Shown piece after piece: positions 8,732 through 18,798 of a stretch of 41,152 nucleotides of DNA; position 1 is the first letter of the stretch; each line of letters begins with the position of its first letter. The notes under the pieces were generated by a model. That model saw nothing but the letters and a program-made list of their open reading frames with translations. It was not told the DNA's origin and did not search any database. Origin of the DNA: a virus (taxonomy: Duplodnaviria; Caudoviricetes); IMG/VR virus record IMGVR_UViG_3300037424_000125, positions 1-41,152 of that record. One strand, 5' to 3'. The position numbers and the translations under genes were made by a program.

Positions 8732-9001
8732 ATGGTCGAGATCGCCGTCGAGATGCCTGTCGTCAAGCGTGCCGAACGTGCCGGCTGGTTCGTTCGAAAA
8801 GTCGGTTGGATCGGCCGTCGTGACGCGCCGGATCGGCTGTTCATCAAGGGCGGACGCACGGTCTGGATCGAGTTCAAGGACTACGGGGAGGTCGCCCGGC
8901 TTTCCCAGAAGTTGGAGCACGAGCGAATGCGTGCAGCCGGGGCGGAGGTCTATGTCTGCGACACGGTATCCGAGGCGTTGCGTATTCTCGGGCTCGACTG
9001 A
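8732..9001 (+). CDS. VRR-NUC domain nuclease
   Basis: PDRLF...WIEFK...LQ motif. Lies between PolA and the helicase, as in Chi-like phages. Confidence 0.9.
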   Translation: MVEIAVEMPVVKRAERAGWFVRKVGWIGRRDAPDRLFIKGGRTVWIEFKDYGEVARLSQKLEHERMRAAGAEVYVCDTVSEALRILGLD

Positions 9002-10599
9002 TGCTGCACTCGACGGCTTTCACCCGCCTTGCCAATCGGTCCGACCGCGAGGCCGCGACACTGGTTTACGGTATAGCGGACCAGCAACCCCGGTTCTTGC
9101 ACGACCTCGAAGCCATCGAACTCATCTACGGGCCGCCGGCTACGAGCCTCGATTATGAGGACTTTCGCGAGTACCAGAAATGGATGGCCCGGCTCTGCAT
9201 CAAGCAGGACGTGTTCCTTGGGGCCGAGATGGGGCTGGGGAAGACGGCGGCCGTGCTTTGGGCGGCCAAAGTGCTTATCGACGCGGGGGTCATCTCGCAG
9301 GTTTTGATCGTCGCCCCGCTCCGGGTCGCGGAAGAGACGTGGCCGGAAGAGATCGCCAAGTGGGGGTTCGCCCGAGAACTCACCTATCGGATTGTGACGG
9401 GGACGGAAGCCGAGCGGCGGGCCGCGCTGGATCAACCGGCGCAGTTAACCATCGTCAACCGGGAAAACCTACTCTGGCTTCAGCGCACCATCGGAGTCCG
9501 TGGCTGGAAGTTCGATATGCTCATCTACGACGAGGCGAGCAGACTGAAGCGCGGCGCGAAGCGGACGAAGCCGAAGCCGCGAGCGGACGGAACGGTCCCG
9601 CCGAAGAGACTGACGGAACTCGGCGTCCTCCGTCGCATGCGGTTCAAGTTCAAACGTGTGGTTGAGTTGAGCGGGACGCCCTCGCCGAACGGGCTCATCG
9701 ATCTCTGGGGGCCGATCTATCTTATCGACCTTGGGTATCGCCTCGGGAAGTCGATCACTAAGTACAAGGATCGCTGGTTCCGGAAGTCGCGCGACGGTTA
9801 TGGCGTCGAGCCGTTCGACCACTCCGAGCGGGAGATCATGTCCCGTCTCGGGGACGTGTTCTACAGCCTGCGCGAAGAAGACTATCTCGATCTGCCGCCG
9901 CTGAACATCGTCGATCACAAGGTCAAGCTCACGCACAAAGAGATGGACCGCTATCGCACGTTCGAGCGCGAGGCGGCCATGATCGTCAAGAACGGGGCTG
10001 GCGACGAAGAGGTCATCGAAGCGGTCAACAAGGGCATCCTGACCGGCAAGCTGTTGCAGTTCGCCAACGGGTCGATGTACCTCGGCGACAAGCTCGACGA
10101 AGAGACTGGCGGCAAGCTCCCGAGGGAGTCAATCCGGATACACGATCACAAGCTGGACGCCCTTGAGAGCATCGTCGAAGAGGCCATGGGCCGGCCGATC
10201 CTTCTGGCCTACTCCTACCAGTTCGACATTGGCGCGATAAAGAAGCGCTTCCCGTTCGCTCGCATGTACGGCGAGACCAAGAACGACATGCGCGATTGGA
10301 ACGCTGGGCGGATCGAGCTTTTGATCACCCATCCGGCGAGCGCGGGTCACGGGCTGAACTTCCAGCACGGGTCGAATATCGCAGTCTGGTATGGCCTGAC
10401 TTGGAGCTTGGAACTCTACCGGCAGTTCATGAAGCGCTTGCATAGGTCCGGGCAAAAGGCCGATAAAGTGTTCTTGCATCAGATTATCGCCGAGGGCACC
10501 ATGGATGAAGTTGCGCTGTGGGCACTCCAAGCCCGTGGAGCGACGCAAGACAGCATTACGGATGCAGTGCGCGTACGCCTCAAGAAAGTGGCTGCGTGA
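9001..10599 (+). CDS. SNF2-family (SF2) helicase
   Basis: EMGLGKT, IYDEAS, LSGTP, SAGHGLNFQ, RLHRSGQ. TGATG coupling to the upstream gene. Confidence 0.93.
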   Translation: MLHSTAFTRLANRSDREAATLVYGIADQQPRFLHDLEAIELIYGPPATSLDYEDFREYQKWMARLCIKQDVFLGAEMGLGKTAAVLWAAKVLIDAGVISQVLIVAPLRVAEETWPEEIAKWGFARELTYRIVTGTEAERRAALDQPAQLTIVNRENLLWLQRTIGVRGWKFDMLIYDEASRLKRGAKRTKPKPRADGTVPPKRLTELGVLRRMRFKFKRVVELSGTPSPNGLIDLWGPIYLIDLGYRLGKSITKYKDRWFRKSRDGYGVEPFDHSEREIMSRLGDVFYSLREEDYLDLPPLNIVDHKVKLTHKEMDRYRTFEREAAMIVKNGAGDEEVIEAVNKGILTGKLLQFANGSMYLGDKLDEETGGKLPRESIRIHDHKLDALESIVEEAMGRPILLAYSYQFDIGAIKKRFPFARMYGETKNDMRDWNAGRIELLITHPASAGHGLNFQHGSNIAVWYGLTWSLELYRQFMKRLHRSGQKADKVFLHQIIAEGTMDEVALWALQARGATQDSITDAVRVRLKKVAA

Positions 10600-10632
10600 C
10601 AATCGAGAGACCAGAGTGTACACGGTAGGATC

Positions 10633-11325
10633 ATGAGTGACGCGCAAGCCGACATCGACGACCTCGTAGGAGCCGTTCCGCCGAAGGGCAAACGGACCAA
10701 AGACGCGGTGCTCGACGATCTTATTTCGACCCGGAAAATGAAGACCGGCTCAGGGCCGCTTGTCGAAGACATGATGGCCGGCGTGACGGTCTCGTGGCTC
10801 TCGCAGGTCTTCGGCATGGACCCAAAGACGGTCAAGGCCAAGCTTGCTGATTGTCCGCCGTTGCATCGTCGGAAGGCGGGATACGTCTACCATCTCCCTA
10901 CGGCCTGCCAGTTCCTCGTCAAGCCTGCGCTCTCGCCCGAGCAGTACATGAAGAACATGAAGCCGGCGGACTTGCCGTCGGCCTTCCAAGACAGCTTTTG
11001 GAGCGCCGCGCTTAAACGGCAAAAGTGGGAAGAGAACGCTGGCGACTTGTGGCGGAGCGACCGGGTGCGGGAGACCCTGAGCGACACCTTCCAGACGATC
11101 AAGTTTCAGGTCCAACTCTGGGCGGATACGATAGACCGCCAGAAGGGCCTCTCGGACGAACAGCGGAAGCTCCTGTTGGTCCTCACGGACAAACTCCAAG
11201 AGGAAATCTACAAGGCGCTCGTCGATCAAATGGCGGCGAAGCAGACCGGTCCGCAACTGTCGGAACTCCCCGGCATGCTTGGTGAAACCAGAGAGGTTTT
11301 CGACGATGTTGCAGACCTCATTTAA
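10633..11325 (+). CDS. Terminase small subunit (DUF1441-like)
   Basis: HTH VSWLSQVFGMDPKTVKAKL and FW.A...RQKWEENAGDLW. Directly upstream of TerL. Confidence 0.85.
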   Translation: MSDAQADIDDLVGAVPPKGKRTKDAVLDDLISTRKMKTGSGPLVEDMMAGVTVSWLSQVFGMDPKTVKAKLADCPPLHRRKAGYVYHLPTACQFLVKPALSPEQYMKNMKPADLPSAFQDSFWSAALKRQKWEENAGDLWRSDRVRETLSDTFQTIKFQVQLWADTIDRQKGLSDEQRKLLLVLTDKLQEEIYKALVDQMAAKQTGPQLSELPGMLGETREVFDDVADLI

Positions 11326-13423
11326 TTCCCTAGAGCACATGATCGTGCAGACGGCGCAGGCCGTTCGACCACCGGAGCGGCTGACGGTTAGCGAGGCCGC
11401 CGCGTTGCACCGCAAGCTCAACAACCCCGGCGCGTATGTCGGAGACTGGTTGAACGAGACAACGCCATATCTCGTCGAGCCACAAGACGTGCTGAGCGAT
11501 ACGGCGTTCACCGGAATGATCTTTGCCGGGCCGGCCCAGAGCGGCAAGACCGACGTGTTCTTGAATTGGGTCGCTCACTCGGTCATCTGTGATCCGGCCG
11601 ACATGATGCTCGTGCAGACGAGTCAGACCACGGCTCGCGATTTCTCCATGCGGCGTATTGACCGACTGCATCGGCACTCGCCGGATGTCGGCAGCAAACT
11701 CATCCACCGGAAGGATGCGGATAACACCTACGACAAGCAGTACATCAGCGGCATGCTGCTCTCGCTGTCGTGGCCAGCGATCAACGAACTGTCCGGCAAG
11801 CCGATCCCGCGCCTATGGTTGACGGACTACGACCGCATGCCCGAGGACATCGACGGGGAAGGGGCTCCGTACGATCTGGCGAAGAAGCGCGCCACGACCT
11901 TCGGGTCGTTCGGCATGTGCGTGGCGGAGTCGTCTCCCGGCTACGCGGTAGACAATCCGAAGTGGATGTCCGGGTCGAAGCATGAAGCCCCACCGACAAA
12001 AGGTATCCTAGCGTTGTACAACCGTGGGGATCGTCGTCGCTGGTATTGGCGATGCGTTGAATGCGGTCAGCCGTTCGAGCCGGACTTCAATCTCTTGAGC
12101 TATCCAGACTCGGCTGACATCATGGAAGCCGCCGAGATGGTGACGATGAAGTGTCCGCATTGCGAGATCGACTATCATCACGAACCGGCCGACGGTCTCC
12201 CCGGAAAATATGAGATGAACCTGTCGGCCCGGTGGGTGAAGGATGGCCAGTTCTGGATGCCGGACAATACCATGTCCGGGACGGCGATCCGGTCAAGCAT
12301 CGCGTCATTCTGGTTGAAGGGGGCCGTGGCGTCGTTCCTCTCGTGGAAGGATTTGGTCTTCAACTATCTGACGGCCGAAAAGGAATACGAGAACACCGGG
12401 TCCGAAGAAGCCTTGAAGACCACGGTCAATACGGACCAAGGGCACCCCTACACTCCGAAGCTTTTGTCGTCTGAGCGCGTGCCGGAAGAACTGAAGAGCC
12501 GCGCGCGACCGTTCGGCCTCAAGGAAGTTCCCCCCGGTGTCCGGTTCTTGATCGCAACCATCGACCTTCAGAAGAACCGCTTCGTCGTGCAGGTCCACGG
12601 GACTGGCGAAGGTCGCGACGTGTGGATCGTCGACCGTTTCGAGATCAAGAAATCCAAGCGGTTCGACGAGGATGGCGAGCGTCTGTGGGTGAACCCCGGC
12701 GCGTATCCCGAGGACTGGAAGCTATTGGTGGAAGAGGTCTTGCTGAAAACATATCCGCTGATGGACGGATCGGGCCGCCGGATGGCGATCAAGTTCACGG
12801 TGGGTGACTCCGGCGGCTCCGAGGGTTTCACCAGCAATGCCTACGACTTCGTTCGCTGGCTTCGCAAGGGTCCGGAAGAGGGCGAGGACGCCGCGCCGTA
12901 CGTCTGGGAAGACGGTCTGGCGAATCGGTTCTTGTTGCTCAAGGGTGGTTCCGTCAAGACGGCCCCACGCATTCGGTTGACCTATCCCGACAGCCAACGG
13001 AGTGACCGGACAGCCGGCGCGCGCGGGGAAATTCCGGTTCTTTCGCTCAACACCAACACGCTCAAAGACATGCTCGACAAGATGCTCGACCGCAAAGAGC
13101 CGGGCGGACGGATCAACTTCCCGGAATGGCTGGATGACAACTTCTACACCGAGTTGACCGTGGAAGTCCGCGATCCGAATAAAGGCTGGCTCAATCCTCG
13201 GCATTATCGTAATGAGTCATGGGACCTTCTCGTCTATTACCTCGCGGCGACGTTGACGCGGCATATCGGGTTGGAGCATCTTTCGTGGGAGAGTCCTCCG
13301 GGGTGGGCCGAAGAGTGGGATGTGAACGATCTCGTCTTCGATCCGGTCGAGAAGACCAAACCGTTTGAAGCCAAGGAAAAGCCCAAAACCAGCTTGTCCG
13401 ATCTGGCTTCAAGTCTCGCATAG
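11306..13423 (+). CDS. Terminase large subunit, lambda gpA type
   Basis: TPYLVEP, Walker A GPAQSGKT, Walker B LTDYD, ESSP, CxxC pairs, nuclease TIDLQ and NESWDLLVY. ATG at 11306 follows GAGG. Confidence 0.95.
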   Translation: MLQTSFNSLEHMIVQTAQAVRPPERLTVSEAAALHRKLNNPGAYVGDWLNETTPYLVEPQDVLSDTAFTGMIFAGPAQSGKTDVFLNWVAHSVICDPADMMLVQTSQTTARDFSMRRIDRLHRHSPDVGSKLIHRKDADNTYDKQYISGMLLSLSWPAINELSGKPIPRLWLTDYDRMPEDIDGEGAPYDLAKKRATTFGSFGMCVAESSPGYAVDNPKWMSGSKHEAPPTKGILALYNRGDRRRWYWRCVECGQPFEPDFNLLSYPDSADIMEAAEMVTMKCPHCEIDYHHEPADGLPGKYEMNLSARWVKDGQFWMPDNTMSGTAIRSSIASFWLKGAVASFLSWKDLVFNYLTAEKEYENTGSEEALKTTVNTDQGHPYTPKLLSSERVPEELKSRARPFGLKEVPPGVRFLIATIDLQKNRFVVQVHGTGEGRDVWIVDRFEIKKSKRFDEDGERLWVNPGAYPEDWKLLVEEVLLKTYPLMDGSGRRMAIKFTVGDSGGSEGFTSNAYDFVRWLRKGPEEGEDAAPYVWEDGLANRFLLLKGGSVKTAPRIRLTYPDSQRSDRTAGARGEIPVLSLNTNTLKDMLDKMLDRKEPGGRINFPEWLDDNFYTELTVEVRDPNKGWLNPRHYRNESWDLLVYYLAATLTRHIGLEHLSWESPPGWAEEWDVNDLVFDPVEKTKPFEAKEKPKTSLSDLASSLA

Positions 13424-13432
13424 GGGATAGGC

Positions 13433-13663
13433 ATGACGCTTTCCGCCGCAGACCGAGCAACCTACACAACGCGCTTGGCCGAGGCCGAGGTCGCGTTGCA
13501 TCAGCTTATCCTCGGTCAATCGGCCAAGGTATTCGTCGACCAGAACGGCGAACGAATCGAGTACACGCAGAGCAACGCGAGTCGCTTGCGGGCGTACATC
13601 TCGGAATTGCGGGTGGCGCTCGGAAAGACCACAGTTACGGGGCCGCTTTCAGTATGGTTCTAG
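13433..13663 (+). CDS. Head-tail joining protein, gpW-like
   Basis: AEVALHQLILG...VDQNGERIEY...LRAYI. Lies between TerL and portal. Confidence 0.88.
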   Translation: MTLSAADRATYTTRLAEAEVALHQLILGQSAKVFVDQNGERIEYTQSNASRLRAYISELRVALGKTTVTGPLSVWF

Positions 13664-15354
13664 CACGAAACATCGAACAAGAGATCGCCGAGGACATCGA
13701 AGCTCTCGTCGGCGGCGCGGCCAAGCCCATGGCTTTCGGCGGGGCGTACGACGGGGCGGCTCGTTTCGACAAGCAGTTGGCCTCGTGGGACCCGCCGCGC
13801 CAATCCGCCGATCTGGATATGCTCCCGGAAAAGGACACGCTCGACGCTCGGACGCGGGACAGCTTGCGGAATGACGCGTACCTTCAGGGCGGCGCGACGA
13901 TCCACAAGGACGCCATCGTCGGGTCGGTCTACTTCCTCAACGCCAAGCCGGTCACCGACGTACTCGGCAAAGGGCTCGACGAGACGTGGGCGCAAGAGTT
14001 TCAGCAAGAGGCCGAGGCGAAGTTTATGCTTTGGTCTGAGAGCCCCCACAAATGGCTCGACGCCGCACGCACCAATACGTTTACAGCCATGGTCCGGCTC
14101 GCGGTCGGCGTCTACGTCGGCGGCGGCGAGGTTCTTGCAACCGCCGAGTGGCGTCGCGAGAAAGGCCGGGAGTTCAACACGGCGATCCAGATGATCGACT
14201 GCGACCGCCTCGGAACGCCGGCAGAGTTTATGAACGACTCGCTCGTGCGCGGCGGCATCCGGCACGACGACTTCGGTGCGCCGCAGTCGGCATATATCCG
14301 TATCCGGCATCCACAGGATTTCGGCACCTTTATCGGGAACGCGGACCGCTATCGCGAAGTGCCGTTCTACAAGCCATGGGGCCGCCAGCAGGTGATTTAC
14401 ATCCGCGAACAGATGCGGATCGATCAGACCCGTGCGGTGTCAGACATGGTTGCCGGGCTGAAGGAAATCGCCATCACCCGGAAGTTCCGCGATGTCACGT
14501 TGCAGAACGCCGTGGTCAACGCGATGTACGCGGCCAGCATCGAGTCGGAGCTTCCGAGCGAGCAGGTCTATCAGCAGCTTGGTTCGGGCAACATCAAAAT
14601 TGGTGAGGCCGTGACGAGCTATGCGGAAGCCTATCTCGGCGCGATCAGCGAGTACATCGGCTCCGCTAAGCACATGAAGATCGATGGGGTTAAAATCCCG
14701 CATCTCTTCCCGGGAACTAAGCTCAAACTGACGCCGGCCGGCACGCCCGGTGGCGTCGGTCAGGACTTCGAACAGTCCTTGATCCGGTACATCGCGGCGT
14801 CGCTCGGGGTGTCCTACGAGGAACTGTCTCGCGACTATACGAAGACGAACTATTCGTCCGCGCGCGCCGCCATGGCGAACACGTGGAAGTTCATGCAGTC
14901 GCGGAAGAAGCTTGTCGCGGATGCGTTCGCGACGGCGATCTACCGGCTCTGGCTGGAAGAGGCGATCAACAAGAACCAACTGTCGACGTTCCCGACGAAG
15001 AAGGCCGGGATGCTCTACACCAACGGCTATCAGAACATGATGTTCGAGGCGTTGGCGCAGTGCGACTGGACTGGCGCGTCGCGCGGTCAGATCGACGAAC
15101 TGAAGGAAACGCAGGCGGCGGTCCTTCGGATCAAGTTCGGCCTGTCTACGCACGAAGACGAACTCGCCCGGCTTGGAAAAGACTGGCGGAAGGTCTATCA
15201 GCAGTTGGAACGCGAGCGCAACGAACGCGAGCGCAGGGGGATCGAGCTTCAGCAGGACAATTCGATCAACGCTGCCTCCGGCACGCCGAGCGATCCCAAC
15301 AGCGGCGACAATACCGGAAACGGCGATGACAACACGGGGACAGCCAATGGCTAA
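13654..15354 (+). CDS. Portal protein, lambda gpB family
   Basis: ARTRDSLRND, IAASLGVSYEELSRDY..TNYSSAR, IDELKE. Synteny. Confidence 0.93.
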   Translation: MVLARNIEQEIAEDIEALVGGAAKPMAFGGAYDGAARFDKQLASWDPPRQSADLDMLPEKDTLDARTRDSLRNDAYLQGGATIHKDAIVGSVYFLNAKPVTDVLGKGLDETWAQEFQQEAEAKFMLWSESPHKWLDAARTNTFTAMVRLAVGVYVGGGEVLATAEWRREKGREFNTAIQMIDCDRLGTPAEFMNDSLVRGGIRHDDFGAPQSAYIRIRHPQDFGTFIGNADRYREVPFYKPWGRQQVIYIREQMRIDQTRAVSDMVAGLKEIAITRKFRDVTLQNAVVNAMYAASIESELPSEQVYQQLGSGNIKIGEAVTSYAEAYLGAISEYIGSAKHMKIDGVKIPHLFPGTKLKLTPAGTPGGVGQDFEQSLIRYIAASLGVSYEELSRDYTKTNYSSARAAMANTWKFMQSRKKLVADAFATAIYRLWLEEAINKNQLSTFPTKKAGMLYTNGYQNMMFEALAQCDWTGASRGQIDELKETQAAVLRIKFGLSTHEDELARLGKDWRKVYQQLERERNERERRGIELQQDNSINAASGTPSDPNSGDNTGNGDDNTGTANG

Positions 15355-16690
15355 TCCACAGCCTTTGCTCGAACAGGTCACGCAGAATCCGCTCTTGGTG
15401 TCGGCGAACAGTCAGCAGCTTTTCCAAGCGAGCATACTGCATGTCCTCGCGCACGAGCATGCGGCTGAGATGCTGGGAAGCATCTCGGCAGCGTCGGAGG
15501 ACGATAACTTCTGGCCGACCGATCCCGACAGTTGGCAGGCCCGCGTGCGGCCGTACAACGTCGACGTAACCGGGACGCTACAAATCCCGGTCATGGGTGT
15601 CTTGCTCAACCGGTTCCCGTACCAACTCGGCCGGTGGGCTACGGGCTACAAGTATCTCGAAATGGCCCGCAAGCGTGGACTGGTCGATCCCATGGTCAAG
15701 CGGATCGCTTACATCCATGACAGTCCCGGAGGCGAGGCGGCCGGGTGTTTTGAGGAAGTCGACGCGATCTATGCGTCGCGCGGCCAGAAACCCATGCAGT
15801 CCTTCATCGCGGATCACGGCTATTCGGCGTCGTTCGCTCTCGCGACCGCGCCCGGCGACATCAGCATCACACGGTCCGGCGGAGCCGGGTCGGTAGGCGT
15901 CGTGACGGCGCACGTCGAGTTCAGCGAAGCCCTGAAGGATTGGGGCGTCAAGGTCACGTTCATTTTCGCCGGGGCGCACAAAGTCGATGGCAATCCCTAT
16001 GAAAAGCTTCCCGAGAGTGTAAAATCTCGGATTCAGGAACGAATCGATAAGATTTACGGCGTTTTTGTCTCGACTGTTGCGCGAAATCGGGGCATGGATG
16101 AAAAAGCCGTGAGGGACACACAAGCGCTCACCTACGACGCGCAGGAGTCCATCGACATCGGATTCGCAGATCGCCTCGGCGCTCTCGAAGATGAAATGGC
16201 GCTCTTCGCTGTTGGAGACGCCGAACCAACTGAGGATGAGAACATGGCGACTGAAAAACCCACCGTTGAAGATACCGTGGCCAAGGCTACCAACGATACG
16301 GCTGTTGCTGAGGCTACCAAAGCCGGCGCGGTCGGCGAGAAGAGCCGCATCAAGGCCATCCTCGCCAGCGACGAAGGCAAGGCGCGACCGAAAGCCGCAA
16401 TGTCGTGCGCGATGAATACCGATATGTCGCTCGATCAGGCCAAGGCGTTCCTCTCCGATCTTCCGGAAGAGAAGGCCGATGCGGTCACCACGACTACCAC
16501 TACCGCCATTACCGCCACTGCGACCGAGGCGACCGGAAAGACGCCGTTTGACGCCGCGATGGAGCACGACAATCCGGAAGTCGGCGCCAACGACCACGGC
16601 AACGACAATGCCGACAGCGACACCAAGGCGTCGGCGTCGATCCTCGCCGATTACGTCGGCCAGACCGGTCGCAAGACCAAGGTCGCGTAA
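15347..16690 (+). CDS. Prohead protease (S49, gpC-like) with C-terminal scaffold
   Basis: DSPGG, GYSASF, AGSVGV, GAHKVDGNP. ATG at 15347 overlaps the portal end and has GGGGA upstream. Confidence 0.92.
   Translation: MANPQPLLEQVTQNPLLVSANSQQLFQASILHVLAHEHAAEMLGSISAASEDDNFWPTDPDSWQARVRPYNVDVTGTLQIPVMGVLLNRFPYQLGRWATGYKYLEMARKRGLVDPMVKRIAYIHDSPGGEAAGCFEEVDAIYASRGQKPMQSFIADHGYSASFALATAPGDISITRSGGAGSVGVVTAHVEFSEALKDWGVKVTFIFAGAHKVDGNPYEKLPESVKSRIQERIDKIYGVFVSTVARNRGMDEKAVRDTQALTYDAQESIDIGFADRLGALEDEMALFAVGDAEPTEDENMATEKPTVEDTVAKATNDTAVAEATKAGAVGEKSRIKAILASDEGKARPKAAMSCAMNTDMSLDQAKAFLSDLPEEKADAVTTTTTTAITATATEATGKTPFDAAMEHDNPEVGANDHGNDNADSDTKASASILADYVGQTGRKTKVA
16244..16690 (+). CDS. Putative in-frame scaffolding protein (Nu3-like) from an internal start
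   Basis: GAGGA-N7-ATG, in frame, after the protease domain. Ala/Thr-rich EKSRIKAIL...A...A domain. Analogy to lambda C/Nu3. Confidence 0.6.
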   Translation: MATEKPTVEDTVAKATNDTAVAEATKAGAVGEKSRIKAILASDEGKARPKAAMSCAMNTDMSLDQAKAFLSDLPEEKADAVTTTTTTAITATATEATGKTPFDAAMEHDNPEVGANDHGNDNADSDTKASASILADYVGQTGRKTKVA

Positions 16691-16750
16691 GCGTCATCTA
16701 GTCACGAGGGGACTGTCCTCGTAGTCTGCAACTGAACGGGAGCCAAACAC

Positions 16751-17560
16751 ATGGCACAGGACAACACTATCCCCCATGGGAAGCCGGGAATCGCCAGCTT
16801 CGAATCTGAGTCGTGGGGCAACGCAGGAGAGCCGCGTTTCGGCGATGGCCCCGCGCGCACGGTTACGCGTACGGTTACGGCCGGGGCCGATCTCGACCTT
16901 CCGATCTATTCCGTCGTCAGCTTGATCGCGGGTGTTCTCGCGCTCGCTGTCCTCGGGGCGGCGGCCGGCTCGGCCACGGGAACGGTCACGTTCTCGGTGG
17001 CCGTTCCGGCGGCGAATGATACCGTCACCGTCAACGGTCGGGTCTACACCTTCAAGGCCACTGTCGCCGCCACGGCGGACGAGGTTCTGATCGGTGCCGA
17101 TCTTGCCGCGACCGCCGTCAATCTGGCGGCCGCCATCAACGCCACGGCCGCGAGCGCCGGGACGCTGTTCGGCTCGGCCACTACGATCAACACCGATGTC
17201 CGGGCTACCGTCTCCGGGGCCGTCGTTACCGTCATCGCGCTCAACGCGGGCGACGAAGGCAACGCGATCACGCTGGCCGAGGCCAGCACGAACATCGCCG
17301 TCTCCGGTGCCACCCTCACGGGCGGCGACGACGATATCGATATCAAGCCCTACGGCATCCTTGCGTCGCCGATGGTCTTGGCAAACGGCGAGTCGATGTC
17401 CGTCCCGATTTACGTGGACGGTCACTGGAACATGGACGCCCTCAATTGGGACGCTTCGTGGCAGACCGACGAGGCCAAACGGGCGGCCTTCGAAGGCTCC
17501 CTCAATCCGGGCATTCTGGTCTCGAAGCCCAATTTCAGTGACGGCAGCATCGCGGTTTAA
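16751..17560 (+). CDS. Head decoration protein (gpD-like) with an inserted ~118-aa domain
   Basis: Lies between protease and MCP. LPIYSVV...PYGILA...[15 protein letters not shown] core. Residues 75-192 are an insertion. Confidence 0.85.
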   Translation: MAQDNTIPHGKPGIASFESESWGNAGEPRFGDGPARTVTRTVTAGADLDLPIYSVVSLIAGVLALAVLGAAAGSATGTVTFSVAVPAANDTVTVNGRVYTFKATVAATADEVLIGADLAATAVNLAAAINATAASAGTLFGSATTINTDVRATVSGAVVTVIALNAGDEGNAITLAEASTNIAVSGATLTGGDDDIDIKPYGILASPMVLANGESMSVPIYVDGHWNMDALNWDASWQTDEAKRAAFEGSLNPGILVSKPNFSDGSIAV

Positions 17561-17599
17561 CGCCGCGATCTGACCGCGCCCGCTCAACATGCGAGGACA

Positions 17600-18670
17600 A
17601 TGACAATGACTATCGGAACGACCATCTACAGCACTGCGACGTTGCTCGGCGTCCTGCGTGATGAGCAGGCAATGACTCCGCCGTCGAATTACTGGCTCAA
17701 TCTGGCCTTCCCCAACACGGTCAACTTCACGGACGAGTACATCGACTTTTCGAAGCTGACCGACCAGCGCAAGTTGGCCCCCCTCGTGGTTCCGACCGCG
17801 CAGGGCCGTCCGATCTATTCGGCGGCTGAGCGTCTGAGCCGCGTGAAACCGGCCTATGTGAAGCCGAAGGACGCGGTGTCCGCTTCGCGTATGATCCAGC
17901 GTGCCGCTGGTCTGGGCGAGTTGAACACCAACACCAACTGGACGCCTCAGCAGCGGTACAACGCCATCGTCGCGGACATCATGCGTCAGCATCGTCGCGC
18001 CATCGAGCGTCGCTGGGAATGGTTGGCTGGGCAAGCAATCCTCTACGGTTCGGTGACGCTGGAAGGTGAAGCCTATCCGACCACGGTCATCGACTTCGAG
18101 CGCGATGCCGCCCATTCGATCACCCTCGGCGCGTCTGCTCGGTGGGGTGACGCCGGGGTCTCCATCGTCGACAACGTGGAGTCGTGGAAGACCCTCATGC
18201 GTCGGGCCAAGTTCGGCGGCCCGTCCAACCGACTGACTGTCGGTGCGGACGCGTGGGAAGTCATGCGGGCCGATACCGAGCTTCGCGGCTTGCTGGGTCT
18301 CGATCTCCGCACGTCGAACAACGGCCTGACCATGAACCTCGGCGTTCGTGAAGGGCTGGATGTCGAGAAGGTCGGGACGATCAACGGCACGACCGAAATC
18401 TACGTCTACTCGGATTACTATCATGCCGAGGACGGGTCGGTGACGCCGTTCATGGACCCTCGCGATGTCGTTCTGACCGGTCCGGGCATCCAGGGCGTTC
18501 GTTGCTTCGGGGCCATCGAAGACACCAAAGCCGGGTTCCAGCCTCTCTCCATGTTCCCGAAAATGTGGGACAACGAGGACCCGTCTGCGACCTTCATCAT
18601 GACGCAGAGCGCGCCGCTGATGGTCCCGGTCAACCCGAACGTATCTCTTCGCGCCCGCGTCGTCGCCTAA
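17600..18670 (+). CDS. Major capsid protein, lambda gpE family
   Basis: LAPLVVP, KPAYVKPK, IERRWEWLA, MTQSAPLMVP. GAGGA RBS. Confidence 0.93.
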   Translation: MTMTIGTTIYSTATLLGVLRDEQAMTPPSNYWLNLAFPNTVNFTDEYIDFSKLTDQRKLAPLVVPTAQGRPIYSAAERLSRVKPAYVKPKDAVSASRMIQRAAGLGELNTNTNWTPQQRYNAIVADIMRQHRRAIERRWEWLAGQAILYGSVTLEGEAYPTTVIDFERDAAHSITLGASARWGDAGVSIVDNVESWKTLMRRAKFGGPSNRLTVGADAWEVMRADTELRGLLGLDLRTSNNGLTMNLGVREGLDVEKVGTINGTTEIYVYSDYYHAEDGSVTPFMDPRDVVLTGPGIQGVRCFGAIEDTKAGFQPLSMFPKMWDNEDPSATFIMTQSAPLMVPVNPNVSLRARVVA

Positions 18671-18733
18671 GCCTAGACGCGGCCCTAGTCGGCCCCGGTG
18701 CTTGACGAGGACATCGGAGCCGGAGCATTCTGA

Positions 18734-18769
18734 CGGGGCGGGCCTAACGGTCCGCCCCGCATTGCGTTT
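18734..18769 (+). terminator. Hairpin after the major capsid gene; probable partial terminator
   Basis: CGGGGCGGGCC-taac-GGTCCGCCCCG followed by a weak T-containing tail. Confidence 0.55.
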
Positions 18770-18798
18770 AAGACCACCCATCCAGACGGAGAAAGTTC

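Noticed and set aside
10596-10625. GTGTACACGG at 10616, 28450 and 35613 as a regulatory motif, and a GTGACA-N17-TACACG promoter before TerS
   Set aside because: Only three copies, one inside a coding region; weak -10 element; could be chance.
6641-13423. Intein or intron in the polymerase, helicase or terminase
   Set aside because: Proteins are of normal length with contiguous motifs and no splicing or homing-endonuclease signatures.
16694-18781. 695-aa minus-strand ORF, plus similar long ORFs at 863..1975, 2540..3466, 7070..8362, 14440..15381, 15578..16597, 20728..22020 and 33627..34721
   Set aside because: All lie opposite well-supported genes and have the Arg/Gly/Val-rich composition of shadow frames.
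18671-18798. Possible structured ncRNA after the major capsid gene
   Set aside because: Only short hairpins; no recognisable RNA family; adequately explained as a terminator or processing region.
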